Source of the DNA: Patescibacteria group bacterium
GTDB lineage: Bacteria; Patescibacteriota; Minisyncoccia; Phycocordibacterales; JACOZG01
NCBI GenBank assembly: GCA_034658935.1
Contig: JAYEGE010000006.1
Location: 24,912-88,911 of the forward strand
Direction: 5' to 3'
DNA length: 64,000 nt
The notes under the pieces are model-generated. The model made no database searches. It was not told where the DNA came from and saw nothing but the letters and a program-made list of their open reading frames with translations. The position numbers and the translations under genes are program-made. Shown here one piece after another: positions 8,622-18,595 of the stretch (position 1 is the first letter of the stretch; every line of letters starts with the position of its first letter).

Positions 8622-10013
8622 TTATTTAATCTTAATCACGAGAAAGCGACGCTTGCCGATCTTTAAACGCCAACTATCTTTTACCGTCGCATCTAAGTCG
8701 GTCAAAGTCTCACCGGCATCTAGGTCATGCAGAGCACCCTCTTCAAGTAAGCGGCGGAAGTCCGACTTAGATTTAACCAACTCGCCTCGCAATAAGACAT
8801 CGGCTAATTTTTCTCCTTCCTTAGCTTCTACTTCTAGCAAATCGTCAGGGATATTCTTTTTACTAAACGTATCGACGAAAGACTCCTCAGCTTCTTGCGC
8901 CGCCGCATCCCCGTGGTAGATAGCAATTATCTCCCGCGCCAAGCGCATTTTAATGTCACGCGGATTAGTATCGTCAGAAGATAATTGCTTATTAATCTTT
9001 TCAACTTCAGCAAGTGGGGTATAAGTGCAGAGTCTAAAATAATCAACAATGAAATTATCAGGTAGAGACATGGTCTTACCGTACATCGTCTTTGGATCAT
9101 CAGTGATGGCAATATAATTATCACTTGATTTACTCATCTTCTCATCACCATCTAAGCCAGAGAGTAACTCCAGAGCGAACACCGCCTGGGGCTCTTGCTT
9201 GTTCATCTTCATCACATCACGTCCCATGAGCATATTGAAGGTCTGGTCAGTCCCGCCAATTTCTAAGTCGCAAGAGCCAAAGACCTTGGCAATAGCGTGC
9301 GAATCAATCCCCTGGAGCACTGGGTACATCATTTCGTTCATGTAGAGCTCCTCGCCTTTCTTTATTCTGTCCTGGAAAAAATCCCGCTGAACCAATTGGC
9401 CGTGAGTGACGCCCCGGAGAGTAGAAAGAAAGCCACGGAAAGTGATATTCACTACATTCTTAGTGAAGTTTTTTTGCAGATTAATACGCTCGTACCCCGC
9501 CGCCTTACCTACAAAGCTATTGGCAGGAACAGAAACTTTGCTATCGCCAGACTTAATCTCAACTGTAACCTTGGAGTCAAACACCAAATCAGTAACCGAG
9601 TAGAACCAAGAAGAGTTAGTTATCCAGGCATAATTATGTTTCTCTGTAAGCAAGATCTTCCCCGCTTGTTCAACAAAGGTCTTCATATTAGCCTCCACCT
9701 CAGCTTGCGCTAGTTCTGGCCTCACTTTGCTCTTACCGCTTGGATCACCAATCTGAGCGGTGAAATCACCAATGAGGAACACTACTTTGCAGCCGAGATC
9801 CTGGAGTTCACGCAATTTACGAAAGACTACCGCGTGCCCAAGATGAATATCGGGGCGCGTTGGGTCAACTCCAAACTTAATAATGATTTCGTCGGAGTAA
9901 TTACCAGACGCCTTGGCAATAATCTTCTCCTTAAACTTATCTCCCGGGTCAATTAATTCGGCCACCCCACGATCAAATATCTGATCAATTTTGTTCTTGA
10001 TATCGTCGGTCAT
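8622..10013 (-). CDS. tyrS: Tyrosine--tRNA ligase; likely start at ATG 10013
   Basis: GVDPTRPDIHLGH (HIGH-type), IGGTDQTFN, KMSKS, C-terminal S4-like domain. Confidence 0.96.
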   Translation of the reverse strand: MTDDIKNKIDQIFDRGVAELIDPGDKFKEKIIAKASGNYSDEIIIKFGVDPTRPDIHLGHAVVFRKLRELQDLGCKVVFLIGDFTAQIGDPSGKSKVRPELAQAEVEANMKTFVEQAGKILLTEKHNYAWITNSSWFYSVTDLVFDSKVTVEIKSGDSKVSVPANSFVGKAAGYERINLQKNFTKNVVNITFRGFLSTLRGVTHGQLVQRDFFQDRIKKGEELYMNEMMYPVLQGIDSHAIAKVFGSCDLEIGGTDQTFNMLMGRDVMKMNKQEPQAVFALELLSGLDGDEKMSKSSDNYIAITDDPKTMYGKTMSLPDNFIVDYFRLCTYTPLAEVEKINKQLSSDDTNPRDIKMRLAREIIAIYHGDAAAQEAEESFVDTFSKKNIPDDLLEVEAKEGEKLADVLLRGELVKSKSDFRRLLEEGALHDLDAGETLTDLDATVKDSWRLKIGKRRFLVIKIK

Positions 10014-10070
10014 TATGGCCAATAATTTACCACAGTTAACGCTTTCTGCCAATTGTGTTAAATTGTGTAA

Positions 10071-12593
10071 ATGCGAAAAAAGCGTCGACGCAGAATACTT
10101 TTCAGTAAACAATTATGGCTATTAATCCTGACCCTAGGTCTACTCGGGTTCAGCGTCTTTTTGTGGTGGATTATTACCTTAGACATCCCCAGTTTTGAGT
10201 CTTTCACTGAACGGATAGTCACTGAATCAACTAAAATCTACGATCGGACTGGTAAAATTCTTCTCTACGACGTCCACGAGGACATCAAGCGTAAGGTTAT
10301 TCCCTTTGAAGAAATATCTAAGCACGTCAAGAACGCCACTGTTGCCATCGAAGACAACGAATTTTATGAGCATAAGGGGATCAAACCCAGTGCTATCCTC
10401 CGTTCTGTCTTAGTTAATCTCGGTGCCGGTTCGGTTAAGCAAGGTGGCTCTACCATTACCCAGCAATTGGTAAAGAACACTCTACTCACACGGGAGAAAT
10501 TATTATCCCGCAAGATCAAGGAAGCCGTTCTAGCTATCAAGATCGAGCAAGTGCTCTCTAAGGAGGAAATCCTTAACCTATACCTCAACGAAATCCCTTA
10601 CGGCGGCAGCCTTTATGGCATTGAGGAGGCATCGCAGGCCTTCTTCCGCAAACCAGCAAGCGAATTAAGCCTAACTGAGGCGGCCTATTTGGCGGCTATC
10701 CCCAAGGCTCCGACCTATTACTCCCCCTATGGCCAACACCGCGATAAATTAGAAGAGCGTAAAAATGTAGTAATAATGCGGATGGAGGAGCTTGGCTTTA
10801 TTAACGCTGAAGAAGCGCGGACTGCCAGAGAAGAGAGAGCCACTTTCTCAATACCAGAAGATAATAGTCTCAAGGCGCCTCATTTCGTGATGATGATCCG
10901 AAATTATCTAGAGCAGGAATACGGTCGCGAAGCGTTATTAACTCAGGGGTTAAAAGTGACTACCACCATAGATTGGGATCTCCAACGCCAGGCAGAAGAG
11001 ATCATTAATCGCTATGCCACAGAGAACATTGAGAAATTCAACGCCAATAACGCCGGTCTAGTAGCCATCGACCCAAAAACTGGGCAAATCATCGCCATGG
11101 TAGGCTCACGCGATTACTTCGACTCTGAGAATGAGGGTAATTTCAATATCACCTTGGCTCATCGCCAGCCTGGTTCCTCCTTTAAACCCTTCGTCTACGC
11201 CGCCGCCTTCAACAAAGGTTACACACCCGAGACGGTAGTCTTCGACCTACAAACTCAATTCGACACCAATTGCCGGCACAATCCATCAAGTTGCTACACC
11301 CCAAATAATTATGACGACACTTTCCGTGGCCCCATCACCCTACGTAGCGCCCTAGCTCAATCTATCAACGTCCCAGCAATTAAAGTTCTTTATTTGGTCG
11401 GCCTACGTGAGGCGATCGCTCAAGCTACCGCTATGGGCATCGCAAGTCTGGGCTCACCAAATCTCTACGGCCTAACCCTAGTCTTGGGAGGCGGAGAAGT
11501 TTCTTTGCTAGACATGGTCAGCTCTTACAGTGTCTTCGCTGCTGAGGGCGAGCGTCATTCTTACGCTTCAATTTTAAAGATTGAGGATGATAAGGGGACT
11601 GTTTTGGAAGAATTCGAGAATAGAAGCCGTTCTGTCTTGCCCACCAATAGTGCTCGCCTAATATCTAGCATCTTGTCAGACAATGAGGCTCGCCACCCCT
11701 CTTACGGCACCGGCTCACCACTAGAGTTCACCGATAGGCCAGTGGCAGTAAAAACTGGTACTACCAACGACTATCGTGATGCCTGGATCATTGGCTACAC
11801 TCCTAATATTGTCATTGGCGCCTGGGCTGGCAATAACGACAACTCACCGATGGAGAGGAAAGTGGCCGGCCTGATTGTCGCCCCAATGTGGCGAGCGACA
11901 ATGAACGCGGCACTTAAAAATCTACCTATAGAGCGTTTTACTGCCCCAGAAACAGCAGACCCAGACTCGAAACCCGTCTTCCGCGGCTATTGGCAAGGAA
12001 GCGAGAATTATTTTATTGATAAAATCTCTGGCAAATTGGCAACGGATTACACTCCAGAAGAGACACGCGAGGAGCGAATACTTCAAAGCGTCCATTCCAT
12101 CCTCCATTGGGTAAAACGTAGTGACCCCTTAGGTTCAGTGCCGAACAATCCCGCTAACGACTCGCAATATGCGCTTTGGGAGACACCAATCCGAACCTGG
12201 GCGGCAGCTCGTGGTATGTCTACTGAGCAAGGCGCAGAAAACCTGCCTCGAGACTACGACGACGTACATACCCCTAGCACCAAACCTAGTTTTGAAATCA
12301 CCAGTCCAGACCATGAGACTATTTATAACGCCAACCAGAGCATCGCTGTTCAAGTCAATTACAGTGGACGCTACCCCTTAGCTCAAATCGACGCCTTCTT
12401 GGGCGACACCTATCTCGGCTCAGCCAAAAGTGCCCCACATACCCTCATCTTCACTCCCCAGGAACTCGACGATTGGCAAACAAGCAATAGGCTCCGAGTA
12501 GTAGCCTACGATTCAGTACGCAATAGGGCAGAGCAGAACACCACTCTCCGCCTAAGCGGCACTCCAACCCAACCTACCCAACCCGAGGAATAA
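10071..12593 (+). CDS. Class A penicillin-binding protein (PBP1A family) with C-terminal Ig-like domain
   Basis: EDNEFYEHKG, GGSTITQQL, RQPGSSFKPF, SIN and KTGT motifs. Confidence 0.94.
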   Translation: MRKKRRRRILFSKQLWLLILTLGLLGFSVFLWWIITLDIPSFESFTERIVTESTKIYDRTGKILLYDVHEDIKRKVIPFEEISKHVKNATVAIEDNEFYEHKGIKPSAILRSVLVNLGAGSVKQGGSTITQQLVKNTLLTREKLLSRKIKEAVLAIKIEQVLSKEEILNLYLNEIPYGGSLYGIEEASQAFFRKPASELSLTEAAYLAAIPKAPTYYSPYGQHRDKLEERKNVVIMRMEELGFINAEEARTAREERATFSIPEDNSLKAPHFVMMIRNYLEQEYGREALLTQGLKVTTTIDWDLQRQAEEIINRYATENIEKFNANNAGLVAIDPKTGQIIAMVGSRDYFDSENEGNFNITLAHRQPGSSFKPFVYAAAFNKGYTPETVVFDLQTQFDTNCRHNPSSCYTPNNYDDTFRGPITLRSALAQSINVPAIKVLYLVGLREAIAQATAMGIASLGSPNLYGLTLVLGGGEVSLLDMVSSYSVFAAEGERHSYASILKIEDDKGTVLEEFENRSRSVLPTNSARLISSILSDNEARHPSYGTGSPLEFTDRPVAVKTGTTNDYRDAWIIGYTPNIVIGAWAGNNDNSPMERKVAGLIVAPMWRATMNAALKNLPIERFTAPETADPDSKPVFRGYWQGSENYFIDKISGKLATDYTPEETREERILQSVHSILHWVKRSDPLGSVPNNPANDSQYALWETPIRTWAAARGMSTEQGAENLPRDYDDVHTPSTKPSFEITSPDHETIYNANQSIAVQVNYSGRYPLAQIDAFLGDTYLGSAKSAPHTLIFTPQELDDWQTSNRLRVVAYDSVRNRAEQNTTLRLSGTPTQPTQPEE

Positions 12594-12667
12594 TTTGGAC
12601 ACGGCGTGTCCAAATTTTAATAGAGCTTAGTTGAGCCGTTTCCTAATTTGGACACGCCGTGTCCAAA
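12594..12667. repeat. Inverted doublet of REP-like palindromes (REPIN/BIME-like)
   Basis: TTTGGACAC-GGC-GTGTCCAAA (12594-12614) and TTTGGACAC-GCC-GTGTCCAAA (12647-12667). Confidence 0.9.
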
Positions 12668-12681
12668 TTCAGGCCCGATAG

Positions 12682-12939
12682 CTAAATGAGTTTTTTGGGG
12701 GCTTTTTGGCCTAGTTTTTCGACTAACTCGGCCATAATTGCTTCTCGATGGAGCATAATCTCACTCCGGAGTATGGGTTTAATCCTCAGATAAACAGTGA
12801 AACCGGCCAAACGGATGTCGTCGTTAGACACATCCTCCTGCCAGCGACCCTTAATAATCTCTTGCAGGGCATCCTTAAGCGCCGCGTCAGTAGGACGCCA
12901 ATCTTTAAACTTCTCTAAATAAAGCTTAATCTGATCCAT
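12682..12939 (-). CDS. Small hypothetical protein downstream of dnaN (possibly DciA/DUF721-like)
   Basis: 85 aa, coupled to the dnaN stop; family guess rests on size and context only. Confidence 0.6.
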   Translation of the reverse strand: MDQIKLYLEKFKDWRPTDAALKDALQEIIKGRWQEDVSNDDIRLAGFTVYLRIKPILRSEIMLHREAIMAELVEKLGQKAPKKLI

Positions 12940-14045
12940 TAACGGTTCAGCGGCATAATTAAGTAAGTGAAAGTATTGTCACCAATGCCAGAAACTAAAA
13001 TTGGTTTACCGCGACCATTGAAACGTAGGCTCACACTGTCACTAGGAATGACAGCTAGGCAGTCAAGCAGGTAGCGAACGTTAAAGCTAATTTCCAAATC
13101 TTCGCCCTGCAGTGTCGCCTCTAACTTCGTGGTGCTTTCTCCTAGGTCTGTATTATGCGAATTTAGCTCGAAGAGAGCATCTTTGACCGCCACCCTAAGG
13201 CTAACCTGGTTTAACCTATCAGCGAACACATGGGAGAGTTTTAAGGCATTCTGGAGATCATTTTTCAAAACCACTGCACCAGTTTTAGTTTCCACGGGGA
13301 CAATTTGCCTATAATCAGGATAAATACCCTCCACAAGCCGTGAGGTAAGATAATAACCTTCGCCAGAAAAAACCATCTGATGATTATTGTAGCTAATCTC
13401 TACTGGCTCACTCTGGCCTTCAAGTACACGCAGGATATCGGCCACATTTTTAACAGGCATCATTAGTTTAAGTTCCCCTTCGATAGGCTGCTCTAGCGGC
13501 AAGTGCTTTTCCGCCAAGCGAAAAGAGTCGGTGGCCACCAGATTTAATTCCCCTTCCCGCTGATAAAGATAAACGCTAGCAATCTCTGGCTTAATATCAG
13601 ACAAGGCGGCAGCGTAAGCGACCATCTTTAACCCAGCCACAAAAGAGGGGATGGCTAAGGTAAATTTCCCAGTAATTGCCTCTAGTTTAGGTAGAGTAGG
13701 GAAGTCGTCCTGAGGATACACCTTAATAAGACCAGAATGGTGAAGGCCCTGAAGAGAAATATTCTCACCAACGCTGGTCAAACTCACTTTTTCGTCCCTG
13801 CCTAGATTAGCCAAGAAATTAGACAAGATGGCACCACTGACCATAACCGATCCCTCGGTCTCCACCTTAGCTGGTACTTCCAAGCGTAGTCCTACATCAA
13901 GATTGGTGGCCGTTAAAGACAAGTAACGGCCACTGGCCTTTAAAAGGACATGGGACAAAGCCGGAAGGGACAAATTTTTACCAGTGACCTTTTCAGCAAT
14001 GCTGATCGCTCGATACAATTTCTCTTTAGGGCATTCTAATTTCAT
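12939..14045 (-). CDS. dnaN: DNA polymerase III beta clamp
   Basis: ATNLD, VATDSFRLA, GIYPDY, FNVRYL, LIMP motifs; adjacent to dnaA. Confidence 0.97.
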   Translation of the reverse strand: MKLECPKEKLYRAISIAEKVTGKNLSLPALSHVLLKASGRYLSLTATNLDVGLRLEVPAKVETEGSVMVSGAILSNFLANLGRDEKVSLTSVGENISLQGLHHSGLIKVYPQDDFPTLPKLEAITGKFTLAIPSFVAGLKMVAYAAALSDIKPEIASVYLYQREGELNLVATDSFRLAEKHLPLEQPIEGELKLMMPVKNVADILRVLEGQSEPVEISYNNHQMVFSGEGYYLTSRLVEGIYPDYRQIVPVETKTGAVVLKNDLQNALKLSHVFADRLNQVSLRVAVKDALFELNSHNTDLGESTTKLEATLQGEDLEISFNVRYLLDCLAVIPSDSVSLRFNGRGKPILVSGIGDNTFTYLIMPLNR

Positions 14046-14300
14046 AAGCTTATCTTTTATCTTATAGTATTCTTTAATTAATTGCTTAAGTATCTGTTAT
14101 TACTACTAAGCCTGGTGATAATGTGGACAAGTCAGACTTGTGGCCCTGTCGGGCCGTACTTTTTCCTCTCCCTTTGTTGGTAAGTACCTGGAGAACTGCC
14201 TTGTTGAGGGTGGGTTTATCCAGGTCAGTTTTATGAAGATCTGCTCACTTTGTTTCTCCCCAGACTTTTCCTGGGCTATCCACTGACTTATCCCCCTCTA
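14046..14300. promoter_or_regulatory. Probable replication origin oriC
   Basis: dnaA-dnaN intergenic region with DnaA-box-like 9-mers (14113-14121, 14122-14130, 14216, 14276, 14289), an NTA-periodic run next to the tandem boxes, and an AT-rich stretch at 14046-14110. Confidence 0.75.
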
Positions 14301-15671
14301 TCAGTCTTCTTTATACAGGAGTAGGCGGATTTGTTCTATCTCTTGGGACAGCAGGCTATTGTCCTTAAGGTCCTGTCGGATTTTCTCATAGGCGTGTATA
14401 ACGGTCGTGTGATCTCTATTGCCCATCTTCTGTCCTATATATGGGTAAGAGGTATTAAAGTCTTCACGCAAGATATACATGATCACTTGACGAGGTTTGA
14501 CCACTTCCTTCTTTCTGGTTTTCTCGTAGAGATATCTTTCGTTTATATTGTAGAAATTTGCCACTATGTTGGCGACATCTTTAACGGCAATCGTTTTCTT
14601 GGGTTTAACGTTGTTCTTGATCAGATTTTTGACTTCATTGAGGTTTAAATTTCGTTTTTTCAATTGGCATTGGCAAACAATAGAATTAACTGTCCCCTCT
14701 AGTTCACGAATACTGTCCTGGATAGCGTTAGCGACATATTCAATCACCTCTTTCTCTAAAGAGAAGGGACTGGCTGTGAGTTTGCTGTTAAGAATAGCTA
14801 GACGGGACTCATAATCAGGCTTAATAACGTCAACCATCATTCCGCCCTCAAAACGCGACCGCAATCGCTCCTCTAACTTGACAATTTGCTTAGGCGGCTT
14901 GTCTGATGAAAAGAGAATCTGCTTATTATGCTCGTGATAATGGTTGAAAAGGTGGAATAATTCCTCTTGGGTTCGGTCTTTGTTAGAAAAAAACTGGACA
15001 TCATCCATAATTAAGACATCGTACTTGCGATATTTTTCTTTAAACTGATTGGCGCGGTTATTCCTAACTGAGTTGACGTAATCAACACCGAATTGTTCAG
15101 AAGTAACGTAAAAAACTTTTTTATTGGGGTGGTGTTTCTTAATGTAATTGCCAACTGCTTGAATTAAATGGGTTTTACCTAAGCCAGTACCACCGTAGAT
15201 ATATAATGGGTTGTAAACTTGACCAACTTTCTTTGTTACAGCCTGGCAAGCGGCATGGGCGAGCTCATTAAAGGGGCCCACAACAAAAGAGTCAAAGATA
15301 TACTTAGGATTAAGGTTGTCTTCACGGCTAGTGTAGAGCTCCTCCAGGTTTAGCTGATTGCTGAAAGATGGCTTAACTGTGGGCTTAATTGGTGTTTGCT
15401 GATCATTAGTTGCTCGTGGGGCGATGATGTATTCTACTCCCCTGACGGTTGGTTCTAATTGACGAAGTGAACGTAAAATTAAAGTATGGTACTTGTCAGA
15501 CAGCCAATCGCGAACGAAATGATTGGGTACTCCGATTACTAAAGTGCTGCCATCCTGTTTTATAACGCGTGTTTTACTGAACCAAGTACCGAAGCTTGCT
15601 TTAGACACCTCAACTTCGATCCCTGCTAAGGTGTCGTCCCATAACTTCTTTGAGTCGAGGGTCATCGTCAC
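14301..15671 (-). CDS. dnaA: Chromosomal replication initiator DnaA
   Basis: LNPKYIFDSFVVG, YGGTGLGKTHL, DDVQF, RELEG, RDHTTV motifs. Confidence 0.98.
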   Translation of the reverse strand: MTMTLDSKKLWDDTLAGIEVEVSKASFGTWFSKTRVIKQDGSTLVIGVPNHFVRDWLSDKYHTLILRSLRQLEPTVRGVEYIIAPRATNDQQTPIKPTVKPSFSNQLNLEELYTSREDNLNPKYIFDSFVVGPFNELAHAACQAVTKKVGQVYNPLYIYGGTGLGKTHLIQAVGNYIKKHHPNKKVFYVTSEQFGVDYVNSVRNNRANQFKEKYRKYDVLIMDDVQFFSNKDRTQEELFHLFNHYHEHNKQILFSSDKPPKQIVKLEERLRSRFEGGMMVDVIKPDYESRLAILNSKLTASPFSLEKEVIEYVANAIQDSIRELEGTVNSIVCQCQLKKRNLNLNEVKNLIKNNVKPKKTIAVKDVANIVANFYNINERYLYEKTRKKEVVKPRQVIMYILREDFNTSYPYIGQKMGNRDHTTVIHAYEKIRQDLKDNSLLSQEIEQIRLLLYKED

Positions 15672-15760
15672 TGATTATATTCTTTTGATTGAGAATATCA
15701 AATAAGCCACAAAGTTAATAAGAAGTGGATTATTAGACCAGGCTATGATAGAGTCTGGCC

Positions 15761-15895
15761 ATGTCACAAACGTACCAACCTAAACGACGAAAGCGCCAAA
15801 CTACTCATGGTTTTTTGGTCCGTCAGGCTAAACCAGGCGGACGGCGGGTAATTCAAGCTAGAAGGCGCAAAGGACGGGCGCGATTAGCGGTCTAG
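15761..15895 (+). CDS. rpmH: 50S ribosomal protein L34
   Basis: Manual translation [44 protein letters not shown]; canonical position upstream of rnpA. Confidence 0.95.
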   Translation: MSQTYQPKRRKRQTTHGFLVRQAKPGGRRVIQARRRKGRARLAV

Positions 15896-15901
15896 AGGCT
15901 T

Positions 15902-16252
15902 ATGTTGCCGAGGCAACAACGGCTAAAAAGAGAGGAAATAAGCCGTATTTTAAAGAAGGGTAAGGGTTGGAGGGGGCAAGGTCTCTCTTTAAAGATTGCT
16001 CCCCTATTGAGCCAACCATCTACTCCTAGTCAAGTGGCGATTATCGTCACTTCAGGTACTGTTCGGACTGCGGTTACTCGGAATCGTCTCAAGCGTCGCT
16101 TGCGACAATGGGTTATTCGGCATCGCTCCCAGATTCGTCCAGGGCAAGGGGTGATCATACTTGCTTACCCGCCGGCAGCCAAATTAACAATTGGAGATTT
16201 GGGGACGATGTTGCAGCTCCTCTTTACTCGGGCTAAAATGCTAACAGCTTAA
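15902..16252 (+). CDS. rnpA: Ribonuclease P protein component
   Basis: MLPRQQRLK start, AVTRNRLKRRLR (RNR motif), synteny with rpmH and yidC. Confidence 0.92.
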   Translation: MLPRQQRLKREEISRILKKGKGWRGQGLSLKIAPLLSQPSTPSQVAIIVTSGTVRTAVTRNRLKRRLRQWVIRHRSQIRPGQGVIILAYPPAAKLTIGDLGTMLQLLFTRAKMLTA

Positions 16253-16255
16253 AGA

Positions 16256-16999
16256 ATGAAAGCTCTCTTCAAAACAGTTTTTTATATTCCGCTTTATAAT
16301 GGCTTAGCCGGCCTAGCGATTATTTTACCAGGCCATAATCTCGGATTGGCCGTTATTGTTTTGACTCTGATAGTGAAATTAATCCTTTCTCCTCTCCAAC
16401 GTCGAGTTTCTCATGCTCAACATAGGATGAAGGCGTTAGAACCTAAGATTAAGGCAATTAAGGACAAGCACAGTAAGGATAATACCGAGCAAGCACGCCA
16501 CATTATGGCGCTCTATAAGGAGTATCGGGTTAATCCTTTCTCGAGTATTATTGTTTTAATCATTCAAATTCCTATCCTGTTCGCTCTATATTACGTTTTT
16601 CGTAGCGGTTTCGACTTTGATCCTAACTTGCTCTACTCCTTCGTCCCCTCTCCAGTTGGTCTTAATCATTTCTTCTTGGGAATAGACCTAACTGTTGGTA
16701 ATTACGTCTTAGCTTTTTTGACGGGGTTAACGCAATTCTTCCAAGTTCGTTTTATGATGCCAGCGTCTACTGCGTCCTCGTCAGCTGATCCCTCTGACAT
16801 TAAGGCAAACTTGGCCAAGAGCATGCAGACTCAGATGAAGTATTTCCTACCTATAGTAGTGATTTTCATTGCCGCCAGTCTCCCGGCCGCTATCTCTCTT
16901 TATTGGATCACTAGTAACCTCTTTGCTTTAGCTCAAGAATGGTGGTTTAGAAGGCGGCTCCCAAGTCTAGAGCCCATAACTCCTGATCAGTCTTGTTAA
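16256..16999 (+). CDS. yidC: Membrane protein insertase YidC/Oxa1 family
   Basis: LYKEYRVNPFS, IQIPILFALY, LYWITSN motifs. Confidence 0.93.
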   Translation: MKALFKTVFYIPLYNGLAGLAIILPGHNLGLAVIVLTLIVKLILSPLQRRVSHAQHRMKALEPKIKAIKDKHSKDNTEQARHIMALYKEYRVNPFSSIIVLIIQIPILFALYYVFRSGFDFDPNLLYSFVPSPVGLNHFFLGIDLTVGNYVLAFLTGLTQFFQVRFMMPASTASSSADPSDIKANLAKSMQTQMKYFLPIVVIFIAASLPAAISLYWITSNLFALAQEWWFRRRLPSLEPITPDQSC

Positions 17000-18233
17000 T
17001 TAAGAAAAGATTCTCCTCTTTAGCATCGAGGAAGAGCTTGGTCGCATCTAAAGTGCGGCCCAGGTTGGCTAGTTCTGGGTTGTAGATAATCTCTGTTTTC
17101 CCTGAGTCTGTATCAATTTTCCAAATATTATCAGTGAAGCTAAACTCGCCTCTATACCAACCGTCGGGAAGAGAGCCGAGTGGCAAGCGAACTGGCACGC
17201 CACAATAGATGGTGACATTATCGCTGCTCCAAACACATTTCTCAGCTAGGGTATTAACTAGTAAACGTTTGAAAAGGTTTTCGCTAATAGGGTAAACGCC
17301 GAAGGCTAAACCATCACGAGTATTGCCACTATAGAGAACCTGTCGGCCATTGGGGCTTAATAAAGTAGACAAGCCGGGCACGCGATTGAAAACTAGCTGC
17401 TCGGTTTTAGTTTGTGTATTAATGGTGTAAAGCAAGCTGTCGAGATTGCTGGCAGTCTTAGTTTGTAATGCCAGCAATTCTTCGTTGGGCCAACTGATCA
17501 GCCATTCACTGAGCGGAGAAGAAAAGATTTCTACTTTTCCAGTCCCATCCCAATTAGCTAAGTAGCCAGTTGTGTTGTTTCTGCCGTCCTCAAGGTAAAA
17601 AATCCTGTCCTTTTGAGGCGAGGTGGCAATTTGGGTAATATTGGGGCTAAGAAAACTACCTTCCAATTCGCCTAGGTCGTTAATTGTGCCTGAATCTAGG
17701 CCGATTAAGGCGGCGCTAAAGTTTTGTAGTCTATTGTCGGTTTGGTATCTGGCGATTATTTGGATGGTCGTACTGGCATTATTTGTAGTCTCGCCGATCA
17801 ATAATTCTTCTACCTTAGGAATAGTGGTGTTACTCAATTGGCGTGAGGACAAAAGATCATCAGGACGGACGCCGAACAGATGGCCCCGTGCCTTGTCCAT
17901 ATAGATGACCATTGAGCTGCTGGCGTTGCCCACTAGGCTAGCCCCGGCGACCGGGCCAGAGGAGATTTTATTGAAGCCAGAAGCGAGACTTAGGTTGGGG
18001 TCGCCGGTGGTTCCTGTGCCGTCAGGTTGAGTTCCAGTTCCTGTGGGGCCTGTGATATCTGTGCCAGTTCCGGCACCAAGAGGTTGCCCACTAGGGAAGA
18101 AGGAGCCATTATCCGTATCGAGGGAGCTATCCCCTACTCCGCCGTCTTCAGGTGCTTGGCTGCCTCGCCACCAAATCCAAATGCCGCCAAGGACAACTAA
18201 GATAATTAAAACAATGATGATTATTTTTCTCAT
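16947..18233 (-). CDS. Membrane-anchored extracellular protein, probable beta-propeller, last gene of the T4SS-like cluster
   Basis: N-terminal TM helix, G/T-rich linker, SPxG/WS repeats. Confidence 0.75.
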   Translation of the reverse strand: MRKIIIIVLIILVVLGGIWIWWRGSQAPEDGGVGDSSLDTDNGSFFPSGQPLGAGTGTDITGPTGTGTQPDGTGTTGDPNLSLASGFNKISSGPVAGASLVGNASSSMVIYMDKARGHLFGVRPDDLLSSRQLSNTTIPKVEELLIGETTNNASTTIQIIARYQTDNRLQNFSAALIGLDSGTINDLGELEGSFLSPNITQIATSPQKDRIFYLEDGRNNTTGYLANWDGTGKVEIFSSPLSEWLISWPNEELLALQTKTASNLDSLLYTINTQTKTEQLVFNRVPGLSTLLSPNGRQVLYSGNTRDGLAFGVYPISENLFKRLLVNTLAEKCVWSSDNVTIYCGVPVRLPLGSLPDGWYRGEFSFTDNIWKIDTDSGKTEIIYNPELANLGRTLDATKLFLDAKEENLFLINKTDQELWALDLGAAF

Positions 18234-18595
18234 GATGATGATCCACCAAAAATATTAGAAAGTTTTACTAGGTCGGGGTTAATCTCATTTAAGATTAGCC
18301 AGGCGGCTAACAGTAATATTAGGCCCCAAACGGCCGACTTCATTTTACCCGTACCATTGCTTTTGCCGCTAGGTAATTCGCTCATCATATGAAGGAGGCC
18401 TCCGTAAGCGAATTGGACTACGGCGATAGCGGCAGCTAGACCTAGAACAACCGTGAAAGCGGGGCCGAGATACTTCTCAATGCCAGAGACTTCATTGCCT
18501 AACCCAGGAATTGTTTCTAGTAATTGCACGCTATCTGCCGCTAGGGCCTGGGCAATAAATTTTTTGGCTACCAGCCAATCCATTAGAGTATTCAT
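18230..18595 (-). CDS. TrbC/VirB2-like pilin (CPR type)
   Basis: Two hydrophobic segments with YGG..M and K.AVWGLILLLAAWLILNEINPDL signature. Confidence 0.7.
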   Translation of the reverse strand: MNTLMDWLVAKKFIAQALAADSVQLLETIPGLGNEVSGIEKYLGPAFTVVLGLAAAIAVVQFAYGGLLHMMSELPSGKSNGTGKMKSAVWGLILLLAAWLILNEINPDLVKLSNIFGGSSS

